Positions 49,834 to 62,200 of a stretch of DNA of 64,000 bases are shown here, in pieces. The DNA is taken from NCBI GenBank assembly GCA_030390025.1, contig CM059431.1:156304001-156368000 (forward strand). Reading direction: 5' to 3'. The DNA comes from Squalus acanthias. Lineage: Eukaryota. The notes below the pieces were generated by a model. It was not told the origin of the DNA, did no database searches, and saw only the letters and a list, made by a program, of their open reading frames with translations. The stretch's first letter is position 1. Every line of letters starts with the position of its first letter. The translations under genes and the position numbers were made by a program.

Positions 49834-50208
49834 CTACACGGGGCTTCAGATAGTAAAGGGATTCTGAGAAATATATCTTGGGTTTTAAAGTATATCAAGA
49901 TCCTGCCATATGTGTAATGGTTTTGCAGCATATCGGGAATCCTGGCAGGATGCCTTTGGTTCCACAATGTATAGGGATCGTGCGATGTGCGTCTGTGGTT
50001 TCACCGTGTATTCGGATCCTACCAGGTGTCTATGCGGTTTCACTGTCTATTGGGTTCCTGCTAGGTCTATATGGGTGTTCAAAGTACATCAGTATTCTGC
50101 TAGGTGTGTGTGGCCTTCCACAGTGTATCACGATCCTGTTGGTTTGTATGGAGTTTCTTGGTTTATCAGGATACTCAAAAGTGTTTATGTGCTTCAAAGT
50201 ACATCAGG
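49834..50208 (+). repeat. Degenerate ~39-bp minisatellite, right part (same unit as 33100-33383)
   Basis: gtatatcaagatcctgccatatgtg, ggtttcaccgtgtattcggatcctaccaggtgtctatgcggtttcactg. Confidence 0.78.
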
Positions 50209-53200
50209 TCAGCGTGAGTGCAGGACGTGCGGGTGGGTCATGGCGTGAGTGTGGCATGTGCGTCTGCGTCAGGGTGAGTGTGGGATGTGCGGGTGCGTCA
50301 GGGAGAGTGCGGGATGTGCGGTGGGTCAGGGTGAGTGCGGGACGTGTGGATGAGTAAGCGTGAGTGCGGGATGTGCTGGTGGGTCAGGGTGAGAACGGGA
50401 CGTGCGGGTGGGTCAGGGTGAGTGTGGAATGTGCGGTGGGTCAGGGTGAGAGCGGGATATGCGGTGGGTCAGCTAGAGTGCAGGATTTGCGGTGGGTCAG
50501 GGTGAGTGCGGGATGTGCGGGTGGGTCAGGGGGTGAGTGAGGGAAATGTTGGTGGATCAGGATGAGTGCAGGACGTGCGGTGGGCCGGGTAGAGTGCGGG
50601 ATGTGCGGTGGGTCAGGGTGAGTGCGGGATGTGCGGTGGGTCAGGTAGAGTGCGGTATGTGCGGTGGGTCAGGTTGAGTGCGGGATGTGCGGTGGGTCAG
50701 GGTGAGTGAGGGATGTACCGTGGGTCATGGTGAGTGCGGGATGTACGGTGGGTCAGGGTAAGTGCGGGATTTGCGGTGGGTCAGGGTGTGTACGTGACGT
50801 ACGGGTTGGTCAGGGTGAGTCCGGGAATTGCGGGTGGTTCAGGGTGAGAGCAGGGGGCGTGGGTGAGTCAGTGTGAGTACAGTGGGTGTTGGTGAGTCAG
50901 GGTGAGTACAGGGGGTGTGGGTGGGTCAAGGTCTGTACAGGAGTTGCGCGTGGGTAAGGGAGTTGATTTCAGGATGTGCGGGTGGATCTGAGTAAGTCCA
51001 GGGAGTGTGGGTGGGTCAGGGGGTGAGTACAGGGGGTTTTGGTGTCTCGGGTAAGTACAGGGGGTGTTGGTGGGTCAGGGAGAGGAAAGGTTGTGTGTGT
51101 GGGTCAGGGTGTGTGCTGGAGGTGCGGTTGTATCAGGAGGTGAGTACAGGAGGTGCGGGTAGGTCAGGATGAGTACAGGAGGTTTGGGTGGGTCAGGGTG
51201 ATTACAACAGTTGTGTGTGGGACAGGGGGTGATTACAGGAGGTGGCGGTGTGTCAGGATCAGTAAAAAGGGTGTGGATGTGTCGGTGGTGAGTACAGGGT
51301 GTGTTGGTGGGTCAGGCTGAGTACAGGAGGTGAGCGTGTGTCAGGGGGTGAGTACAGGGGGAGTGGTTGTGTCCGAGTGAGTACAGGAGGTCTGGGTAGT
51401 TCAAGGTGAGTACAGAATGTGCGGGTGCGTCAGGGTGAGTACAGCAAGTGCGGTGGATCAGGGTGAATACAGGAGGTGTGGGTGTGTCAGGGTGAGTACA
51501 GTAGGTGTGAGTGGGTCAGGGGGTGAGTACAGGAGGTGTGGGTGTGTCAGGGTAAGTACAGGAGGTGTGGGTGGGTCAGGGTGACTAAAGCAGGTTTGAG
51601 TGGGTCAGTTTGAGAACCGGAGTATTGGTGGGTCAGGGTGAGTACAGGATGTGTGGGTGGGTCAGCGGTGAGTACAGCAGTTGTGGATGGGTCAGGGTGA
51701 GTACAGGAGATGGGTGTTGTCAGGGTGAGGACCGGATGTGTGGGTGGGTCAGGGTGATTACAGGAGGTGTGCTTGGACAGGGTGATTATGGGAGGAGTGG
51801 GTGGGTCAGGGTAAGTACAGGATGTGTGGCGGCTTCAGGGCGATTACAGGAGGTGTGGGTGGGTCAGGGTGAGTACAGGAGGTGTTGTTGGGTCAGGGTG
51901 AGCACGGGAGTTGTGGGTGGGTCAGGAATTGAGTACAGTGGGTGTGGGTGGGTCAGGAAGTGTGTACAGGGATTGCAGCTGGATCAGGGTGAATACTGGG
52001 CGTGCGGGTGGGTCACGTGGTGAGTGCAGGAGTTGTGGGTGGTTTAGGGAAAGTACAGGATGAAGGGTGAGTCAGGGTGAGTACAGGGGATGTGGGTGGG
52101 TCAAGGAGTGAGTACAGGATTTGTGGTTTGGTCAGGGTGAGTACAGGAGCTGGGGGTGGTTCAGAGTGACGAAAGCAGATGTGGATGGGTCAGGTTAAGT
52201 ACGGGGGTGTGGGTGGGTCAGGCTGAGTACAGGAGATGTGGGTTAGTCAGGGTGAGTACAGGAGGTATCGGTGGGTAATAGTAAATACTGGAAGTTTGGG
52301 TCTGTCATGGTGAATACAGGGGATGTGGCTGGGTCAGGGTGAGTACAGGGGATGTGGGTGGGTCAGGATGCGTAAAGGAGATGTGGGTGAATTAGGGTGA
52401 GTACAGGAGGTTTGGCTGGGTCTGGGTGAGTACATGAGAAGTGGGTGGGCCAGGGTTGTGTACAGGTGGATTTGGTTGGCAAGGGTGAGTGCAGGAGGAG
52501 GGGGTGGTTCAGGTTGAGTACAGGACGTGTGGGTGTGTCAGGGGGCGAGTAGAGGATGTGTTGGTGGTTCAGGGTGAGTACAGACGGTGCGGGTGTGTCA
52601 GGGTTGGTGCAGGAAGTGAGGGTGGGACAGTTTGAGTACACGGTCTTCGGGTGGGTCATGATGAGTACACGGAGATTGGGTGAGTCAGCAGGTGTGGGTG
52701 TGTCACGGTATGTACAGGAGTTGCGGGTGGGTCAGTGTCAGTACAGGGGGTGTGGGTGGATCTGGATGAGTACAGGAATTGTGGGTGTCCAGGGTGAGTA
52801 CAGTATGTGTGTGTGGTGCAGGGGGTGAGTACAGGAGGTGTGGATGGGACATGGTGAGCAGCGGTGGTTTGGGTGAATCAGGTTGAATATAGGGGTGTGG
52901 GTGGGTCACGTGGAGAGTACAGGGGATGTGGGAGTTCAGAGTGAGTACAGGAGTGGTAGGTAGGTCAGTGTGATTACAGGAGTTGTGGGTGGGTCAGGGT
53001 GACCACAAGAGTTGTGGATGGGTTAGGGTTACTACAGGGGTTGTGGGTGAATTCGGGTGAGTACAGGAGGTGTGGATGGGTCAGGGGGTAAGTACACGGC
53101 GTGTTGGTGGGTCAGGAAGAGTAAAAGGGGCGTGTGTGGGTCAGGGCGTCCGTACAGGTGGTGTGGATATGTCATGGGTTGAGAACAAGTGGTGTGGGAG

Positions 53201-56200
53201 GGTCAGGGTAAGTAAAGGAGGTGTGTGGTCAGGGTGAGTGCAGTTGGTGTGGGAGCGTCAGGGTGAGTACAGGAGTTGTGGGTGGATCACGGCGAGTACA
53301 GTGGGTGTGGTTGGACAGGGTGAGTACAGGACTTTTGGGTGTGTCACGGGGTGAGTACAGGGAGTGTGGGAGGGTCATGGTGAGTACAGGAGGTGTGATT
53401 GGCTCAGGGTGAGTACAGGAGGTGTGGGTAGCTCCCGAGGTGAGAACAGGGGGTATGGGTGGATCAGGGTGATTGCAGGGTGTGTGGGTGGGTCAGGGTG
53501 TGAGTACTGGAGGTGTGGGATGGTCAGGGTGTGAGTACAGGGGGTGTGGGTGGGTCAGGGTGGGTAATTGGGGTGTGTGTGTGTCAGGGTGAATACAGGG
53601 GGTGTGGATGGATCGGGGTGAGTACTGGAGGTGTGTTTGGGTCAGGATAAGTATAGGAGAGATGGGATGGTCAGGGGGTTAGTACAAGAGGTGTGGGTGG
53701 GTCTTGGTGACTTCAGGGGTGTGGGGGGATCAGGCGGTGAGTACAGGAGTTGTGGGTGGATCAGGGTATGTATAGGAGGTATGGGTGTGTCAGTGTGAGT
53801 ACAGTGTGTATGAGAGTTCAGAGTGTGTACAGGAGTAGTAGGTGGGTCAGTGTGAGTACAGGAGGTGAGGGTGGGTCAGCGAGAAAACAGGAGCTGTGTT
53901 TGGATCAGTGTGAGTACAGGATGCGCGGATGTGACAGGGTGAGTAGAGGAGATGTGGGTGGGTCAAGGTGAGTACAGGAGATTCTGGGTGGGTTCAGGGT
54001 GAGTACAGGAGGTCTGGGTAGTTCAAGGTGAGTAAAGAGAGTGTGGGTGCGTCACGGTGGATACAGCAAGTGCGTGGATCAGGGTGAATACAGAAGGTGT
54101 GGGTGTGTCAGGGTGAGTACAGGAGGTGTGAGTGGGTCAGGGGGTGTGTACAGGAGGGGTGGGTGTGTCAGGGTAAGTACAGGATGTGTAGGTGGGTCAG
54201 GGTGACTGAAGCAGGTTTGGGTGGGTCAGTTTGAGTACGGGAGTGTTGGTGGGTCAGGGTGAGTACAGCAGTTGCGGATGGGTCAGGGTGAGTACAGGAC
54301 ATGTGTGTTGTCAGGGTGAGGACCGGAAGTGTGGGTGGGTCAGGGATTGAGTACAGTGGGTGTGGGTGGGTCACGAAGTGTGTTCAGGGATTGCAGCTGG
54401 ATCAGGGTGAATACTGGGAGTGTGGGTGAGTCACGGGGTGAGTACAGGAGTTGTGGGTCCTTTAGGGAAAGTACAGGGGATGTGGGTGGGTCAAGGAGTG
54501 AGTACAGGAGCTGGGTTGGTTCAGAGTGACCATAGCAGATGTGGGTTTGTCAGGTTGAGTACGGGGGGTGTGGGTGGGTCAGGCTGAGTACAGGAGATGT
54601 GGGTTAGTCAGGGTGAGTACAGGAGGTTTCGTTGGGTAACAGTAAATACTGGAAGTTTGGGTCTGTCAGTGTGAATACAGGGGCGTTTGGGTGTGTCAGG
54701 ATGAGTACAGTGGGTGTGGGAGGGACAGCTTGAGTATAATGGATGTGGGACAATTAGGGTGAGTACAGGAGGTTCGGCTGGGTCTGGGAGAGTACATGAG
54801 GTGTGGGTGAGACAGGGTTGTGTACAGTGGGTGTTGGTTGGCCAGTGTGAGTACAGGAGGAGTGGATGGGTCAGGGGTTAAGTACAGGGCGTGTTGGTGG
54901 GTCAGGGAGAGTAAAGGGGGCGTGTGTGGGTCAGGGAGTGCCTACAGGAGGTGTGGATGGGTCATGCGGTGAGCACAAGTGGTGTGGGAGGGTCAGGGTG
55001 AGTACAGGAGCTGAGTGGGTCAGGGTGAGTGCAGTTGGTGTGAGAGCGTCAGGGTGAGTACAGGAGTTGTGGGTGGATCAGGATGAGTACAGTGGGTGTG
55101 GTTGGACAGGGTGAGTACAGGAGCTTTGGGTGGGTCAGGGTGAACACAGGTACTGTGCGTATGTCACGAGGTGAGAACAGGGGGTATGGGTGGATCAGGG
55201 TGATTGCAGGGCGTGTGGGTGGGTCAGGGTGTGAGTACTGGAGTTGTGACATTTTCAGGGTGTGAGTACAGGGGGTGTGGGTGGGTCAGGGTGAGTAATT
55301 GGGGTGTGGATGGATCGAGGTGAGTACTGGAGGAGTGTCTGTGTCAGGGTGAGTACAGGAGGTGTGGGTGTGTCAGGGTGAGTACAGGAGGTGTGGGTGT
55401 GTCAGAATGAATACAGGAGAGATGGGTGGGTCAGGGGGTCAGTACAGGAGGTGTGGGTGGGTCTCGGTGAGTTCATGGGTGTGGCTGGGTCAGACGGTGA
55501 GAACAGGAGTTGTGGGTGGATCAGGGTGTGTATAGGAGGTGTGGGTGTGTCAGTGTGAGTACAGTGTGTATGAGAGTTCAGAGAGTGTACAGGAGTAGTA
55601 GGAGGGTCAGTGTGAGTACAGGAGGTGTGGGTGGGTCAGAGAGAATACAGGAAGTGTGTTTGGATCAGTGTGAGTACAGGACGCGCGGATGGGACAGTGT
55701 GAGTAGAGGAGGGGTGGGTGGGTCAAGGTGAGTACAGGAGGTGTGGGTTTATCAGGGTGAGTACAGGAGTGGTAGGTGTGGCAGTGTTAGTACAGGAGGT
55801 GTGGGTGGGTCAGGGTGACCACGGGAGTTGTGGGTGGGTCAGGGTAAGTACAGGGGAAGTGGGTGAATCAGGGTGAGTACAGGAGCTGTGGATGTATCAG
55901 GGGATTAGTACAGGGCGGGTTAGTGGGTCAGAGTGAATAAAGGGGAAGTGTGTGCAACAGGGGGTGTGTACAGGAGGTGTGGATGGGTCTTGGGGTGAGC
56001 ACAGGTGCTGTGGGTGGGTCAGGGTGAGTACAGTTGGTGTTGGTGCGTCAGGGTGAGTACAGGAGTTGTGGGCGTGTCAGGGTGAGTACAGGGGGAGTGG
56101 TTGGACCAGGGTGAGTACAGGAGTTTTGGGTGTGTCACGGGGTGAGTGCAGGGGGTGTGGGAGGCTCATGGTCAGTACAGAATGGGTAGTTGGGTCAGGG

Positions 56201-59200
56201 TGAGTACAGTAGGTATGTATGGGTCACGGGGTGAGAACAAGTGGTATGGGTGGATCAGGGTGAGTGCAGTTTGTGTGGGTGCATCAGGGTGTGTGTACTG
56301 GAGTTGTGGGATTGTCAGGGTGTGAGTACAGGGGAGATGTGGGTGGGTCAGGGTGAGTATTTGGGTGTGGTTGGGTCAGGCTGAGTACAGTGGTTGTGGA
56401 TGGGTCAGGCAGTGCAGGAGCTGTGGGTGTGTCAGAGGGTGAGCACAATGAGTGCGCGTGGGTAAGGGGATTAGTACAAGTGGTGAGGTTGATTCAGAGT
56501 GTCTACAGGAGTTGTGGATGTGTACCGGGGTGAGTACAGGGGATGTGTGTTGGTCAGCGTGAATACAGGGGGTGTGGTAAAATCAGGTTGATTACAGGAG
56601 GTGTGGGTGGGTCAGGTTGAGTGCAAGGGGTGTGGGTGAGACAAAGGGTGAGTACAGGGGGTGTGGGTGGATCAGGGTGAGTACAGGAGTTGTGGGTTTG
56701 TCAAGGTGAGTACAGGCGGTGTGACTGTGTCAGGGGGGTGAGTACAGGGGTTGTGGGTGGGTCCGGGTCATTACAGGAGATGTGGGTGGGTCACTGTGAG
56801 TACAGGGGGAGTGGGAAGGTTAGGGTGAGTACAGGAGTGTATGGTTGTGTCACGGTGAGTGCAGGAGGAGTGTGTGTGGTCATGGGGTGAGTACAGGGAG
56901 TGTACTTGGTTCAGGGGGTGAGTATAAGGGTTGTGGGTGGGTCTTGGTGTAAGTATAAGGGGTTTGTATGGTTCAGGGTATTTACAGGGAATGCGGGTGG
57001 GCCAGGGTGAGTACAGGAGGTTTTGGGTGGGTCAGGGGGTGTGTACAGGTCTTGTTGTTGGATCAGGGTGAGTACAGGGGTTGTGGGTGGGTCAGGGTGA
57101 GTAGAGGAGGTGTGAATGAGTCTGACTGAGTACAAGAGGTGTGGGAGGGTCAGGTTGACGACAAGGGGTGTGAGTGGGACAGTGGGTGAGTACTGGGGGG
57201 TGTGGGTGTGTCAGGCTGAGTACAGGCGGTGTGGTGGGTCAGGGTGATTACAGGAGGTAAGGTTGGGTCAGGGTGTGTACAGGAGGTTTGGTTGTTTCAG
57301 GGTGAATACAGGTGGTGTGGGTGGGTCAAGGGTTGAGTAAAGTGTGTGTGGTTTGGTCAGGGTGAGTACAGGGGGTATGGTTGTGTCAGGCTGAGTAGAG
57401 GAGGTGTGTGTGTGGTCATGGGGTGACTACAGGGGGTGTGATTGTGTCAGGTGGTGAGTACATGGTGTGTAGGTGGGTCAGGGTTTGAGTACAAGGGGAG
57501 TGGTTGGGTCAGGGTAAGTACAGGGGGTGTGGGCAGTTCATGGTTTGAGTACTGGTGGTGTGGGTGGTCAGAGTGAGTACAGGAGTTGTTGGTGGGTCAG
57601 TGTATGAGTACAGGGCTGTGGGTGGTTCAGGGTGAGTACAGGAGTTGTGGTTGGGTCAGGGTGTGAGTACAGGGGGTTTGGGGTGTCAGGGGGTTAGTAC
57701 AGGTGATTTTGGTGTGTAAGGGTAAGCACTGGGGGTGTGGGTGTGTCATGGTTTGAGTACAGTGGTTGTGGGTGAGTCAGGGTGAGTACAGGAGATGTGA
57801 GTGGTTCAGGGTGAGTACAGTGGGTGTGGATGGGTCAGAGTGAGTACAGGAGATGTGAGTGGGTCAGGGTGAGTACAGTGGGTGTGGTTGGATCAGCGTG
57901 TGTACAGGAGATGTGAGTGGGTCAGGGTGAGTACAGGAGGTGTGGGAGGGTCAGGGTGAGTACAGTAGGTGTGGGTTGGTCACGGGGTGAGTACAGGAGG
58001 TGTGGTGGGTCTGGGTGTGTACAGCGGCTGTGGGTTGGTGGGTGGTTAGTAGAGCAGATGTGTGTGGTTCAGGGTGAGTACAGGAGGTGTGGGTGGGTCA
58101 GGGTGAGTACGGGAGGGGTGGGTGGGTCAGGGTGATTACAGGAGGTAAGTTTGTGTCAGGGTGAGTACAGGAGGTGAGGGTGTTTCAGGGTGAGTACAGG
58201 AAGTGTGGGTGGGTCAAGGTTTGCGTAAAGTGTGTGTGGTTTGGTCAGGGTGAGTACAGGGGGTATGGTTGTGTCAGGCTGAGTAGAGGAGGTGTGTGTG
58301 TGTGGTCATGGGGTGATTACAGGGGGTGTGATTGTGTCAGGGGGTGAGTACAGGGTGTGTAGGTGGGTCAGGGTGTGAGTACAAGGGGAGTGGTTGGGTA
58401 AGGGTAAGTACAGGAGTTGTGGGCAGTTCAGGGTTTGAGTACTGGAGGTGTGGGTGGTCAGAGTGAGTACAGGAGTTGTTGGTGGGTCAGGGTGTGAGTA
58501 CAGGGCTGTGGGTGGTTCAGGGTGAGTACAGGAGTTGTGGTTGGGTCAGGGTGTGAGTACAGGGGGTGTGGGGTGTCAGGGGGTTAGTACAGGTGTTTTT
58601 TGTTTGTCAGGGTAAGCACAGGGGGTGTGGGTGTGTCATGGTTATGAGTACAGGGGGTGTGGTTGAGTCAGGGTGAGTACAGGAGATGTGAGTCGTTCAG
58701 GGTGAGTACAGTGGGTGTGGATGGGTCAGAGTGAGTACAGGCGATGTGAGTGGGTCAGGGTGAGTGCAGTGGGTGTGGTTGGATCAGCGTGAGTACAGGA
58801 GATGTGAGTGGGTCAGGGTGAGTACAGGAGGTGTGGGAGGGTCAGGGTGAGTACAGGAGGTGTGGGTTGATCAGGGATGAGTACAGGAGGTGTGGATGGG
58901 TCAGGGTGTGTACAGGGGCTGTGGGTTGGTCAGGTGGTTAGTAGAGCAGATGTGTGTGGTTCAGGGTGAGTACAGGAGGTGTGGGTGAGTCAGGGTGTGT
59001 ACGGGAGGTGTGGGTGGGTCAGGGTGAGTATTTGGGTGTGGTTGGGTCAGGCTGAGTACAGTGGTTGTGGATGGGACAGGCAGTGCAGGAGCTGTGGGTG
59101 TGTCAGAGGGTGAGCACAATGAGTGCGGGTGGATCAGGGGATTAGTACAGGTGGTGATGGTGGGTCAGTGTGTGTGCAGGAGTTGCGGATGTGTCACGGG

Positions 59201-62200
59201 GTGAGTACAGGGGATGTGTGTTGGTCAGCGTGAATACAGGGGGTGTGCTAAAATCAGGTTGATTACAGGACGTGTGGGTGGGTCAGGTTGAGTGCAACGG
59301 GTGTGGGTGAGACAAAGGGTGAGTACAGGGGGTGTGGGTGGGTCAGGGTGAGTACAGGAGTTGTGGGTTTGTCATGGTGAGTACAGGCGGTGTGACTGTG
59401 TCAGGGGGCTGAGTACAGGGGGTGTGGGTGGGTCCGGGTAAGTACAGGAGATGTGGGTGGGTCAGTGTGAATACAGGAGGAGTGGGTGTGTCACGGGGTG
59501 AGTACAGGGGGTGTGGGTTGGTTAGGGTGAGTACAGGGGTGTATGGTTGTGTCACGGGGAGTGCAGGAGGAGTGTGTGTGGTCATGGGGCGAGTACAGGG
59601 GGTGTACTTGGTTCAGTGGGTGAGTATAAGGGATGTGGGTGGGTCACGGTGTGAGTAATAGGGGATTTGTATGGGTCAGGGTAAGTACAGGGAATGCGGG
59701 TGGACCAGGGTGAGTACAGGAGTTGTGGGTGGGTCAGGGGGTGAGTACAGGTCTTGTTGTTGGATCAGGGTGAGTACAGGGGTTGTGGGTGGGGCAGGGT
59801 GAGCAGAGGAGGTGTGAATGAGTTAGACTGAGTACAAGAGGTGTGGGAGGGTCAGGTTGACTACAAGGGGTGTGGGTGGGACAGTGGGTGAGTACAGGGT
59901 GTGTGGGTGTGTCAGGCTGAGTACAGGCGGTGTGGTGGGTCAGGGTGATTACAGGAGGTAAGGTTGGGTCAGGTTGAGTACAGGAGGTGTGGGTGTTTCA
60001 GGGTGAGTACAGGTGGTGTGGGTGGGTCAAGGGTTGAGTAAAGTGTGTTTGGTTTGGTCAGGGTGAGTACAGGGGGTATGGTTGTGTCAGGCTGAGTAGA
60101 GGAGGTGTGTGTGTGGTCATGGGGTGAGTACAGGGGTTGTGATTGTGTCAGTCGGTGAGTACAGGGTGTGTAGGTGGGTCAGGGTGTGGGTACAAGGGGA
60201 GTGGTTGGGTCAGGGTAAGTACAGGGGGTGTGGGCAGTTCAGGGTTTGAGTACTGGAGGTGTGGGTGGTCAGAGTGAGTGCAGGAGTTGTTGGTGGTTCA
60301 GGGTGTGAGTACAGGGCTGTGGGTGGTTCAGGGTGAGTACAGGAGTTGTGGTTGGGTCAGGGTGTGAGTACAGGGGGTGTGGGGGTGTCAGGGGGTAAGT
60401 ACAGGTGATTTTGTTGTGTCAGAGTAAGCAAAGGGGGTGTTGGTGTGTCAGGGTTTGAGTACAGGGGGTGTGGGTGAGTCAGGGTGAGTACAGGAGATGT
60501 GATTGGTTCAGGGTGAGTACAGTGGGTGTGGATGGGTCAGAGTGAGTACAGGAGATGTGAGTGGGTCAGGGTGATTACAGTGGGTGTGGTTGGATCAGCG
60601 TGAGTTCAGGAGATGTGAGTGGGTCAGGGTGAGTACAGGAGGGGTTGGAGTGTCAGGGTGAGAACTTGAGGTGTGGGTTGGTCAGGGGGTGGGTACAGGA
60701 GGTGTGGGTGGGTCAGGCTGTGTACAGGCGCTGTTGTTTGGTCAGGTGGTTAGTAGAGCAGATATGTGTGGTTCAGGGTGAGTACAGGAGGTGTGGGTGG
60801 GTCAGGGTGAGTACGGGAGGTGTGGGTGGGTCAGGGTGAGTATTTGGGTGTGGTTGGGTCAGGCTGAGTACAGTGGTTGTGGATGGGTCAGGCAGTGCAG
60901 GAGCTGTGGATGTGTCAGAGGGTGAGCACAATGAGTGCGGGTGGATCAGGGGATTAGTACAGGTGGTGAGGGTGGGTCAGTGTGTGTACAGGAGTTGCGG
61001 ATGTGTCACGGGGTGAGTACAGGGGATGTGTGTTGGTCAGCGTGAATACAGGGGGTGTGGTAAAATCAGGTTGATTACAGGAGGTGTGGATGGGTCAGGT
61101 TGAGTGCAAGGGGTGTGGGTGAGATAAAGGGTGAGTACAGGGGGTTTGGGTGGGTCAGGGTGAGTACAGGAGTTGTGGGTTTGTCATGGTGAGTACATGC
61201 GGTGTGACTGGGACAGGGGGCTGAGTACAGGGGGTGTGGGTGGGTCCAGGTCAGTACAGGAGATGTGGGTGTGTCAGTGTGAATACAGGAGGAGTGGGTG
61301 TGTCACGGGGTGAGTACAGGGGGTGTGGGTTGATTAGGGTGAGTACAGGGTTTAATGGTTGTGTCACGGTGAGTGCAGGAGGAGTTTGTGTGGTCATGGG
61401 GCGAGTACAGGGGGTGTACTTGATTCAGGGGGTGAGTATAAGGGGTGTGGGTGGGTCACGGTGTTAGTGTAAGGGGTTTGTATGTGTCAGCGTAAGTACA
61501 GGTAATGCGGGTGGGTCAGGGTGAGTACAGGAGTTGTGGGTGTGTCAGGGGGTGAGTTCAGGTCTTGTTTTTGGATCAGGGTGAGTACAGGGGTTGTGGG
61601 TGGGTCAGGGTGAGCAGAGAAGTTGTGAATGAGTCTGACTGAGTACAGGAGGTGTGGGAGGGTCAGGTTGACTACAAGGGGTGTGGGTGGGACAGTGGGT
61701 GAGTACAGGGGGTGTGGGTGTGTCAGGCTGAGTACAGGCGGTGTGGTGGGTCAGGGTGATTACAGGAGGTAAGGTTGGGTCAGGGTGAGTACAGGAGGTG
61801 AGGGTGTTTCAGGGTGAGTACAGGAGGTGTGGGTGGGTCAAGGGCTGAGTAAAGTGTGTGTGGTTTGGTCAGGGTGAATACAGGGTGTATGGTTGTGTCA
61901 GGCTGAGTAGAGGAGGTGTGTGTGTGGTCATGGGGTGAGTACAGGGGGTGTGATTGTGTCAGGGGGTGAGTACAGGGTGTGTAGGTGGGTCAGGGTGTGA
62001 GTACAAGGGGACTGGTTGTGTCAGGGTAAGTACAAGGGGTGTGGGCAGTTCAGGGTTTGAGTACTGGAGGTGTGGGTGGTCAGAGTGAGTACAGGAGTTG
62101 TTGGTGAGTCAGGGTATGAGTACAGGGCAGTGGATGGTTCAGGGTGAGTACAGGAGTTGTGGTTGGGTCAGGGTGTGAGTACAGTGGGGGTGGGGGTGTC

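Noticed and set aside
49878..50357. 159-aa ORF spanning the minisatellite/satellite junction
   Set aside because: Translation of tandem repeats; no domain or splice support
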